Part shown: positions 15,001 through 24,502 of the stretch, in pieces
How positions within the stretch are numbered: the stretch's first letter is position 1
How the letters are laid out: every line of letters begins with the position of its first letter
Notes under the pieces: model-generated
Databases searched by the model: none
What the model saw: the letters and a program-made list of their open reading frames with translations, nothing else
What the model was told of the DNA's origin: nothing
Program-made: the position numbers and the translations under genes
NCBI RefSeq assembly: GCF_963921235.1
Contig: NC_086108.1
Span: forward strand, 1,302,001-1,366,000
Reading direction: 5' to 3'
DNA: 64,000 nt
Source: Mobula hypostoma
Lineage: Eukaryota

Positions 15001-18000
15001 ACTGACCCTCTGACAGTGTGACAATCCCTCAGTACTGTCCCTCTGACAGTGTGACACTCCCTCAGTACGGTCTTGCTGAGAATGAGACAATCCCGCAGTA
15101 CTGTACCTCTGACAGTGTGAGACTCCCTCAGTACTGTCCCTCACAGAGTGTGACTCTCGCTCAGTACTGTCCCTCCGAAAGTGAGACACCACTCACTTCT
15201 GTCCCTCTGACAGTGTGACACTCCCACAGTACTGTCTCTCTGACAGTGTGACACTCCCTCAGTTCTGTCCATCTGACAGTGAGACACTTCCTCAGTACTG
15301 TTCCTCTGACAGTGTGACACACCCTCAGTACTGACCGTCTGACAGTGTGACACACCGTCAGTACTGTCACTCCCAGAGTGAGACACTCCCTTAGTACTGT
15401 CCCTCCGTCTATGAGACACTCCCTCAGTACTGTCCCTCTGACAGTGTGAGACTCCCTCAGTGCTGTTTCTCTGACAGTGTGAGACTCCCTGAGTACTGTC
15501 CTTCTGACAGTGAGACACTCCCTCAATACTTTCCCTCTGACAGTGTGACACTCCCTCAGTTCTCTCCCTCTGACAGTGAGACACTCCCGCAGTACTGTCC
15601 CTCTGACAGTGAGACACTCCCTCAGTACTGACCCTCTGACAGTGTGACACTTCCTCAGTACTGTCCCTCTGACAGTGTGACACTCCCACAGTACTGTACC
15701 TCTGACAGTGTGAGACTTCCTCGGTACTGTTCTTCAGAGAGTGTGACTCTCGCTCAGTACTGTCCCTCTGACTGTGAGACACCACTCAGTACTGTCCCTC
15801 TGGCAGTGAGACACCCCTCAGTTCTGTCCATCTGACAGTGAGACACTTCCTCAGTACTGTTCCTCTGACCGTGTGACACACCCTCAGTCCTGACGCTCTG
15901 ACAGTGTGACACTCCGTCAGCACTGTCACTCCCAGAGTGAGACACTCCCTCAGTACTGTCCCTCTGACAGTGTGACACTCCTTCAGTACGGTCTCTCTGA
16001 GAATGAGACAATCCCGCAGTGCTGTACCTGACAGTGTGAGACTCCCTCAGTACTGTCCCTCACAGAGTGTGACTCTTGCTCAGTACCGTCCCTCCGAAAG
16101 TGAGACACCACTCACTTCTGTCCCTCTGGCAGTGAGACACCCCTCAGTTCTGTCCCTCTGACAGTGTGACACTCCCTCAGTACTGTCTCTCTGACAGTGT
16201 GACACTCCCTCAGTTCTGTCCATCTGACAGTGAGACACTTCCTCAGTACTGTTCCTCTGACAGTGTGACACACCCTCAGTACTGACCGTCTGACAGTGTG
16301 ACACACCGTCAGTACTGTCACTCCCAGAGTGAGACACTCCCTTAGTACTGTCCCTCCGTCTATGAGACACTCCCTCAGTACTGTCCCTCTGACAGTGTGA
16401 CACTCCCTTAGTGCTGACCCTCTGACAGTGTGAGACTCCCTGAGTACTGTCCCTCTGACAGTGAGACACTCCCTCAATACTTTCCCTCTGACAGTGTGAC
16501 ACTCCCTCAGTTCTCTCCCTCTGACAGTGAGACACTCCCGCAGTACTGTCCCTCTGACAGTGAGACACTCCCTCAGTACTGACCCTCTGACAGTGTGACA
16601 CTTCCTCAGTACTGTCCCTCTGACAGTGTGACACTCCCACAGTACTGTACCTCTGACAGTGTGAGACTTCCTCGGTACTGTCCTTCAGAGAGTGTGACTG
16701 TCGCTCAGTACTGTCCCTCTGGCAGTGAGACACCCCTCAGTTCTGTCCATCTGACAGTGAGACACTTCCTCAGTACTGTTCCTCTGACCGTGTGACACAC
16801 CCTCAGTACTGACGCTCTGACAGTGTGACACTCCGTCAGTACTGTCACTCCCAGAGTCAGACACTCCCTTAGTACTGTCCCTCCGACTGTGAGACACTCC
16901 CTCAGTACTGTCCGTCTGACGGTGTGACACTCCCTCAGTGCTGTCCCTCTGACAGTGTGACACTCCCTTAGTGCTGAACCTCTCACAGTGTGAGACTCCC
17001 TCAGTACTGTCCATCTGACAGTGAGACACTCCCTCAGTTCTGTCTCTCTGACAATGAGACACTCCCTGAGTACTGTCTCACTGACAGTGAGACATTCCCT
17101 CAGTACTGTCCCTCTGGCAGTGAGGCACCTCTCAGTTCTGTCCCTCTGACAGTGTGACACTCCCTCAGTACTGACCCTCTGACAGTGTGACACTTCCTCA
17201 GTACTGTCCCTCTGACAGTGTGACACTCCCACAGTACTGTACCTCTGACAGTGTGAGACTTCCTCGGTACTGTCCTTCAGAGAGTGTGACTCTCGCTCAG
17301 TACTGTCCCTCTGACTGTGAGACACCACTCAGTACTGTCCCTCTGGCAGTGAGACACCCCTCAGTTCTGTCCCTCTGACAGTGATACACTTCCTCAGTAC
17401 TGTCCCTCTGACAGTGTGACACTCCCTCAGTACTGTCTCTCTGACAGTGTGACACTCCCTCAGTTCTGTCCATCTGACAGTGAGACACTTCCTCAGTACT
17501 GTTCCTCTGACCGTGTGACACACCCTCAGTACTGACGCTCTGACAGTGTGACACTCCGTCAGCACTGTCACTCCCAGAGTGAGACACTCCCTCAGTACTG
17601 TCCCTCTGACAGTGTGACACTCCTTCAGTACGGTCTCTCTGAGAATGAGACAATCCCGCAGTGCTGTACCTGACAGTGTGAGACTCCCTCAGTACTGTCC
17701 CTCACAGAGTGTGACTCTTGCTCAGTACCGTCCCTCCGAAAGTGAGACACCACTCACTTCTGTCCCTCTGGCAGTGAGACACCCCTCAGTTCTGTCCCTC
17801 TGACAGTGTGACACTCCCTCAGTACTGTCTCTCTGACAGTGTGACACTCCCTCAGTTCTGTCCATCTGACAGTGAGACACTTCCTCAGTACTGTTCCTCT
17901 GACAGTGTGACACACCCTCAGTACTGACCGTCTGACAGTGTGACACACCGTCAGTACTGTCACTCCCAGAGTGAGACACTCCCTTAGTACTGTCCCTCCG

Positions 18001-21000
18001 TCTATGAGACACTCCCTCAGTACTGTCCCTCTGACAGTGTGAGACTCCCTCAGTGCTGTTTCTCTGACAGTGTGAGACTCCCTGAGTACTGTCCCTCTGA
18101 CAGTGAGACACTCCCTCAATACTTTCCCTCTGACAGTGTGACACTCCCTCAGTTCTCTCCCTCTGACAGTGAGACACTGCCGCAGTACTGTCCCTCTGAC
18201 AGTGAGACACTCCCTCAGTACTGACCCTCTGACAGTGTGACACTTCCTCAGTACTGTCCCTCTGACAGTGTGACACTCCCACAGTACTGTACCTCTGACA
18301 GTGTGAGACTTCCTCGGTACTGTCCTTCAGAGAGTGTGACTGTCGCTCAGTACTGTCCCTCTGACTGTGAGACACCACTCAGTACTGTCCCTCTGGCAGT
18401 GAGACACCCCTCAGTTCTGTCCATCTGACAGTGAGACACTTCCTCAGTACTGTTCCTCTGACCGTGTGACACACCCTCAGTACTGATGCTCTGACAGTGT
18501 GACACTCCCTTAGTGCTGAACCTCTCACAGTGTGAGACTCCCTCAGTACTGTCACTCCCAGAGTCAGACACTCCCTTAGTACTGTCCCTCCGACTGTGAG
18601 ACACTCCCTCAGTACTGTCCATCTGACGGTGTGACACTCCCTCAGTGCTGTCCCTCTGACAGTGTGACACTCCCTTAGTGCTGAACCTCTCACAGTGTGA
18701 GACTCCCTCAGTACTGTCCATCTGACAGTGAGACACTCCCTCAGTTCTGTCTCTCTGACAATGAGACACTCCCTGAGTACTGTCCCACTGACAGTGAGAC
18801 ATTCCCTCAGTACTGTCCCTCTGGCAGTGAGGCACCTCTCAGTTCTGTCCCTCTGACAGTGTGACACTCCCTCAGTACCATCCCTCTGACAGTGTGAGAC
18901 TTCCTCAGTACTGTCCCTCAGAGAGTGTGACTCTCGCTCAGTACTGTCCCTCTGACTGTGAGACACCACTCAGTACTGTCCCTCTGGCAGTGAGACACCC
19001 CTCAGTTCTGTCCATCTGACAGTGAGACACTTCCTCAGTACTGACCCTCTGACAGTGTGACACTCCCGCAGTACTGTACCTCTGACAGTGTGACACTTCC
19101 TCGGTACTGTCCTTCAGAGAGTGTGACTCTCGCTCAGTACTGTCCCTCTGACTGTGAGACATCACTCAGTTCTGTCCCTCTGACAGTGTGACACTCCCTC
19201 AGTACCATCCCTCTGACAGTGTGAGACTTCCTCAGTTTTGTCCCTCAGAGAGTGTGACTCTCGCTCAGTTCTGTCCCTCTGGCAGTGAGACACCCCTCAG
19301 TTCTGTCCATCTGACAGTGAGACACTTCCTCAGTACTGACCGTCTGACAGTGTGACACTCCGTCAGTACTGTCACTCCCAGAGTCAGATACTCCCTTAGT
19401 ACTGTCCCTCCGACTGTGAGACACTCCCTCAGTACTGTCCATCTGACGGTGTGACACTCCCTCAGTACTGTCCCTCTGACAGTGAGACACTTCCTCAGTA
19501 CTGTTCCTCTGACAGTGTGACACACCCTCAGTACTGACCCTCTGACAGTGTGACACTCCGTCAGTACTGTCACTCCCAGAGTCAGACACTCGTTTAGTAC
19601 TGTCCCTCCGACTGTGAGACACTCCCTCAGTACTGTCCATCTGACGGTGTGACACTCCCTCAGTACTGTCCCTCTGACAGTGAGACACTTCCTCAGTACT
19701 GTTCCTCTGACAGTGTGACACTCCCTCAGTGCTGTCCCTCTGACAGTGTGACACTCCCTTTGTGCTGAACCTCTCACAGTGTGAGACTCCCACAGTACTG
19801 TCCATCTGACAGTGAGACACTCCCTCAGTTCTGTCTCTCTGACAATGAGACACTCCCTTAGTACTCTCTCTCTGACAATGAGACACTCCCTTAGTACTGT
19901 CCCACTGACAGTGAGTCACCCCTTGGTTCTGTCCCTCTGACAGTGAGACACTTCCTCAGTACTGTCTCTCTGACAGTGTGACCCTCCCGCAGTACTGTAC
20001 CTCTGACAGTGTGAGACTTCCTCGGTACTGTCCTTCAGAGAGTGTGACTCTCGCTCTGTACTGTCCCTCTGACTGTGAGACACCACTCAGTACTGTCCCT
20101 CTGGCAGTTAGACACCCCTCAGTTCAGTCCATTTGACAGTGAGACTTCCTCAGTGCTGTCCCTCTGACAGTGAGACACTTCTTCAGTTCTGTCCCTCTGA
20201 CAGTGAGACACTCCCTCAGTACTGTCCCTCTGACAGTGAGACACTTCCTCAGTACTGTTCCTCTGACAGTGTGACACTCCCTCAGTGCTGTCCCTCTGAC
20301 AGTGTGACACTCCCTCAGTGCTGTCCCTCTGACAGTGTGACACTCCCTTAGTGCTGATCCTCTCACAGTGTGAGACTCCCTCAGTACTGTCCATCTGACA
20401 GTGAGACACTCCCTCAGTTCTGTCTCTCTGACAATGAGACACTCCCTTAGTACTGTCCCACTGACAGTGAGACACTCCCTCAGTACTGTCCCTCTGGCAG
20501 TGAGACACCCCTTGGTTCTGTCCCTCTGACAGTGTGACACTCCGTCAGTACCATCCTTCTGACAGTGAGACACTCCCTCTGTACTGTTTCTCTGAAAGTG
20601 TGTTACACCCTCAGTACTGACCCTTTGACAGTGTGACACTACCTCAGTACTGTCCCTCTGACAGTGTGACACTCCTTCAGTGCTGTCCCTGTGACAGTGT
20701 GATACTCCCTGAGTACTGTCCCTCTGACCGTTAGACACTCCCCCAGTACTGTCCCTCTGACAGTGTGACACTCCCTCAGTACTGTCCCTCTGGCAGTGAG
20801 ACACCCCTTGGTTCTGTCCCTCTGACAGTGTGATACTTCCTCAGTACTGTCCCTCTGGCAGTGTGACACACCGTCAGTACTGTCCCTCTGACACTGTGAC
20901 ACTCCGTCAGTACCATCCTTCTGACAGTGTGACACTCCCTCAGTACTGACCCTCTGATAGCGTGACACTCCCTCAGTACTGTCCCTGTGACAGTGTGAGA

Positions 21001-21080
21001 CTCCCTGAGTACTGTCCCTCCGACTGTGAGACACTACCTCAGTACTGTCCCTCTGACAGTGTGACACTCCCTCAGTACTA
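1..21080. repeat. 33-bp minisatellite/satellite array (~640 units), consensus CAGTGTGACACTCCCTCAGTACTGTCCCTCTGA; continues beyond the left edge
   Basis: The unit repeats directly throughout, with many point variants and occasional 32-bp units (e.g. gagacacccctcag). The ORF track shows 11-aa periodic peptides (TLPQYCPSDSV / SHCQRDSTEGV / RECHTVRGTVL). Confidence 0.99.
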
Positions 21081-21193
21081 CACCTCCGACTGTGTTACAA
21101 CACTCAGTATTACACTTCCCACTCTGCATTCCACGGGTCGCGTCAGGCGTATATTTCGCCAGAGCTCCCTTGAGTGGGTCTCGAATTGTGACC
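21081..21193 (-). mobile_element. Degenerate remnant of a tRNA-headed DeuSINE-type (SacSINE1-like) SINE, probable parent of the 33-bp unit
   Basis: cacctccgactgtgttacaacactcagtattacact...gcgtcaggcgtatatttcgccagagctcccttgagtgggtctcgaa aligns loosely with the recalled antisense shark DeuSINE sequence cacctccgacagtgcagcactccctcagtactgcactggagtgtcagcctagatt...ctctggagtgggacttgaac. The minus strand has a B-box-like TTCGAGACCC. Confidence 0.5.
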
Positions 21194-21776
21194 GGATACA
21201 TGGGCATTGTCGCCACCCACATCGCAATGTGAAGCATGGGAGATGCTGTGAATGTTGTGAGGGAGGGAGGCGTTCCACAGGTTTGGGTGAGTGCAGTTCG
21301 TGGGACATCAATGTCTCCACAGACTGTCACAATGTGACTTAATCGAAACTGCTTCATCGATCCGGGGGAATCCAGTCAACAGATTCCTGAAGCAGCTGGA
21401 GCCCGAGCCTGCGATTAAATAAAGGACATTTCAAGAGAAGTTATCATTGCTTCCTGATATTCAGAGGGAGCGTAGCCTTAACAGGAAGTGTGTGGCCACG
21501 AGTGGCGTTGGGAATGCACCGAGACCTCAGGGACTGCGGCGGTTTCAGCTCACCACAGCCTCTGATCCCGGCCGCTCTGTGGGTTGTGTCGCTACCGCCC
21601 TCCCGTGGCCATTCACAGTATGTCCGTTCATTTCCGCAGGCCTGGCTACACGGCCCCTTTATTAGGTACAGCAGTAGTCGCTGGTCTGGTCATCTGCTGC
21701 CCTAGCCCATCCATTTCAAGGTTCAACATGTTGTGCATTCAGAGGTGCTCTTCTGCACACCACTGTTGTAACATGT

Positions 21777-21918
21777 AAACACCAGGAAATCTGCAGATGC
21801 TGGAAATTCAAGCAACACACATCAAAGTTGCTGGTGAACACAGCAGGCCAGGCAGCATCTCTAGGAAGAGGTGCAGTCGACGTTTCAGGCCGAGACCCTT
21901 CGTCAGGACTCGTCAGGA
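21777..21918 (-). mobile_element. Short Penelope-like-element-derived insert with an 11-bp target-site duplication
   Basis: Flanked by ttgtaacatgt (21766-21776) and ttgtaacacgt (21919-21929). Removing it restores a continuous Tc1 sequence. It contains the hammerhead motif below. The Penelope assignment is inferred from the ribozyme type. Confidence 0.75.
21875..21910 (-). ncRNA. Minimal type I hammerhead ribozyme motif
   Basis: Minus strand reads AGUC-CUGACGA-AGG-GUCUCGG-CCU-GAAA-CG-UC-GACU. Helix I is AGUC/GACU, the core is CUGANGA plus GAAA, helix II is AGG/CCU, a palindromic ACGU replaces helix III, and the cleavage triplet is GUC. Confidence 0.8.
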
Positions 21919-22267
21919 TTGTAACACGTGTTTATTTCAGTTACTGTCACCTTCCTGTCAGCTGGATCCAGTCTGACCATTCTCCTCTGACCTCTCTCAT
22001 CAAGAACATGTTTTCACCCACAGTACTGTCACTCACTGGACGTTTTTGTATTTTTCGCACCATTCTCTGTAAATTCTAGCACCTTTGTGCATGAAAGTCA
22101 CTGGAGATTAGCAGTTTCTGAGACCCTCAAACTACCCTGTGTGGAATAAACAATCATGGTCAGTCACTGAGTTCGTATTTCTTCCCAATCTGATGTTTGG
22201 TCTGAACAACAGCTGAATCTCTGACTATGTCTGCATGTTTTAACGAAATGAATTGTGTCGCATGATT

Positions 22268-22488
22268 GGCAGCACAGTAGCACTTTCCAGTACCAGCGAC
22301 CTGGGTTCAATTCCTGCCCCCGTCTGTCTGTGACTGTGTGGGTTTCCTCTCACACTACAAAGACATGCTAGTTATCGGTCGTTGTAAATTGTCCCATGAT
22401 TAGGCTGGGGTTAAATTGGGGGTTGCTGGGTGGCGTGCTATGAAGGGCCAGGAAGTCCTGTTCCAAGCTGTATCTCAATAAACAAATA
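22268..22488 (+). mobile_element. tRNA-derived V-SINE (HE1-like), internally deleted, inserted in the Tc1 element
   Basis: B box ctgggttcaattcc, V-domain remnant gtgactgtgtgggtttcctc..caaagac, and a CR1-type tail gggccaggaagtcctgttccaagctgtatctcaataaacaaata. Confidence 0.75.
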
Positions 22489-22550
22489 CGTATTTGCATT
22501 AATGAGCAGGTGGACCTAATAAAGTAGCCACTGAGTTCAGAGGTTAATGA

Positions 22551-22737
22551 GACTGCACCACCCAATCACACCTGTGGGACCAGTTAACCTACAAATCAGT
22601 ACGTCTTTGGACTGTGGGAGGAAACCGGAGCACTCAGAGGAAACCCACGCGGTCACGGGAAGAACGTACTAACTCCTTGCGGGAATTGAAGCCAGCGCTG
22701 TGAAATTGTTGTGCTAACCACTACGCTACCGTGTTGC
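22551..22737 (-). mobile_element. tRNA-derived V-SINE (HE1-like)
   Basis: Antisense V-domain gtctttggactgtgggaggaaaccggagcactcagaggaaacccacgcggtcac, with an antisense tRNA head (gggaattgaa...gctaaccactacgctaccgtg). Confidence 0.85.
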
Positions 22738-22925
22738 TCCTGCACGATTTCAGATTTGAAAGTCACTTATTTACCACATGCAGTAGCATACCTAAAATGT
22801 TCTGCAAATTATACCAAGCAGCACAGCAACAGGAAACAAACCCTTTTCCCACCCACACACATGCAGAGAGGCCCCCATCTGGGCATACAACCTCAAGTCC
22901 TTGATCCCAGACTCTCAGCATTGAG

Positions 22926-23082
22926 ACTCAGAATCTGAATGAGATTAGTTATCACTGACATAAATGATGTGACATTTGTTGATTTGCAGTGTAAAGGCCT
23001 GAAGATACTGCAGATTACAGAACAGAGATGTGGAACAGTAGGAATGATGCATTAGGGTTCATGGTTTCATGGACTGTTCAAT
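22926..23082 (-). mobile_element. 3' tail fragment of a Rex1/Babar-like non-LTR retrotransposon
   Basis: Begins with a (cagaat)-type tail. 23041-23080 is inverted-homologous to 23971-24006, the 3' part of the adjacent plus-strand copy. Confidence 0.5.
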
Positions 23083-23084
23083 CA

Positions 23085-24045
23085 CCAAGACAGTGGGTCT
23101 GCTTCATTTGGAGTCTGAGGAGATTTGGTATAACACCAAAGACTTGCACATTTCTACAGGTGTACCATTGAGAGCATTCTGACTGGTTACATCACCATCC
23201 GGTGTGGAGGCTCTGATACGCAATGATTGTAGACTCAGCTAGCTCCCTCATGGGCACAACCCTCCCCACAATCGAGGACATTAGACCATGGGACCATCAG
23301 ATATTGAAGCAGGATTAGGCCATTTGGCCCATCGGGTCTGCCCTGCCATTTCATCATGGCTCATCCATTTCCTTCTCAGTCCCAATCTCCTGCCTCCTCC
23401 CTGTATCCCTTTATATCTCGACTAATCAAAAATGTATCAACCTCTGCCTTAAATATACCCAGTGACCGAGCCTCCACAGCCGCCTGTGACAATGAATTCC
23501 ACAGATCCACCTCCCTCTCGCTAAAGAAATTCCTCCTCTTCTCCGTTCTGAAAGGACATCCCACTATTCTGAGGCTGCGTTCTCTGGCCCTAGACTCTTC
23601 CACCATACAAAACATCCTCTCCACGCACACTCTATCGAGGCCTTTCAACAATCGATAGATTTCAATGAGGTCACCCCCTCGTGCTCCTGACTTCCAGTGA
23701 GAACAGGCCCAGAGCTTTCAAACAGTCATGATGTGACAAGCCTTTCCATCCCAGAATCTTTTTCATGAACCTCCTTTGAACCGTCTGCAATGTCAGCACA
23801 TCCTCTCTTGGGTAAGGGGTACAAATACAGTGCCTCAGGAAGGCAGCATTCATCATGGAAGACCTGCACTAATGACAGCGTGCCCTCTTCTCATTGCTAG
23901 CATCGGTGAGGAGGTGCAGGAGCCTGAAGGCACACACTCAATGACTGCGAAACTGCCTCTGTCCCTCTGTATGGTCCATGAATCCATGATTGCTACCTCA
24001 TTATTCTTGCTTTTGGGGTGATATTTATGTAATATATAGTCATGT
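23085..24045 (+). mobile_element. Decayed Rex1/Babar-like (CR1/L2 group) LINE 3' fragment, split by a CR1 insertion
   Basis: Hand translation: QWVCFIWSLRRFGITPKT/FYRCTIESILTGYITIRCGGS..VDSASSLMGTTLPTIEDI [CR1] QCLRKAAFIMEDLH**QRALFSLLASVRRCRSLKAHTQ*LRN. This matches the post-RT C-terminus of this clade, with stops and frameshifts. Confidence 0.85.
23283..23828 (-). mobile_element. 5'-truncated CR1 (HER1-like) LINE, ORF2 C-terminus plus 3' UTR
   Basis: ORF track 23671..23856 (TPYPREDVLTLQTVQRRFMKKILGWKGLSHHDCLKALGLFSLE) and 23376..23651 (LKGLDRV...RRNFFSEREVDLWNSL...FKAEVDTFL) carry CR1 ORF2 C-terminal motifs. A short (gaccat)2 tail lies at the left end. Confidence 0.92.
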
Positions 24046-24098
24046 TTGTTGATTTATTTATTGATTTGTTGAGATACAGCACAGAACAGGCCCTTCCG
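24046..24098 (-). mobile_element. Severely truncated CR1/HE1-type 3' tail
   Basis: tttatttattgatttgttgagatacagcacagaacaggcccttccg is the reverse complement of the tail type seen at 22445-22488. Confidence 0.65.
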
Positions 24099-24100
24099 TG

Positions 24101-24372
24101 AGTCCTGATGAAGGGTCTCGGCTGGGAAAATTGACTGTTGGTTCATTTCCACCGACACTGTCTGACCTGCTGAGTTCCTCCAGCATTTTGTGTGTGTTAC
24201 TCTGACCATCGACACTGTCTGACCTGCTGAGTTCCTCCAGCATTTTGTGTGTGTTACTCTGATCATCAACACTGTCTGACCTGCTGAGTTCCTCCAGCAT
24301 TTTGTGTGTGTTACTCTGACCATCGACACTGTCTGACCTGCTGAGTTCGTCCAGCAGTTTGTTTGTTGCTCC
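24101..24372 (+). mobile_element. Penelope-like-derived repeat with a degenerate hammerhead and an internal 57-bp tandem expansion
   Basis: agtcctgatgaagggtctcggctgggaaaattgact is homologous to 21875-21910. It is followed by tgtctgacctgctgagttcctccagcattttgtgtgtgtt, homologous to the body of 21777-21918. Confidence 0.75.
24153..24372. repeat. 57-bp tandem repeat, ~3.8 copies
   Basis: gacactgtctgacctgctgagttcctccagcattttgtgtgtgttactctgaccatc starts at 24154, 24211, 24268 and 24325. Confidence 0.97.
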
Positions 24373-24502
24373 ATAGCAATAAAGTGGGAGCACCTTCACC
24401 AGGGGGACTGCGGGTGATTCAGGAAAGCAGTTTACAACCACTTTTAATGGGCACTTAGTTACGGATAAGCTGCGTTACTTTTGCCCAGAGCTAGAAATAG
24501 AG

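Larger units (their letters stand above)
21649..22536 (-). mobile_element. Non-autonomous Tc1/mariner-derived element (transposase N-terminal HTH remnant), carrying two nested insertions
   Basis: Imperfect terminal inverted repeats: cacggcccctttattaggtac (21649-21669, preceded by TA) and ggacctaataaagtagccactgagt (22512-22536). The interior is reverse-complement homologous to the copy at 24503-25005. Confidence 0.85.

Noticed and set aside
270..21067. Long Cys/Ser/His-rich ORFs (up to 514 aa) in the 33-bp array
   Set aside because: Three frames on both strands are open at once because 33 is divisible by 3. Frequent 32-bp units shift the frame and stops are scattered. There is no unique N- or C-terminus and no sign of codon-level constraint.
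1..21080. G-quadruplex array on the minus strand
   Set aside because: Only two GGG runs per unit, with loops of 10 and 17 nt that themselves form hairpins; a weak candidate.
22295..22320. tRNA gene (GGGTTCAATTCC T-loop/B box)
   Set aside because: No cloverleaf; it is the head of a V-SINE.
24375..24470. Possible LINE 3'-end fragment; also a CR1-tail-like stretch at 28028-28085
   Set aside because: Too short and degenerate to support without an alignment.
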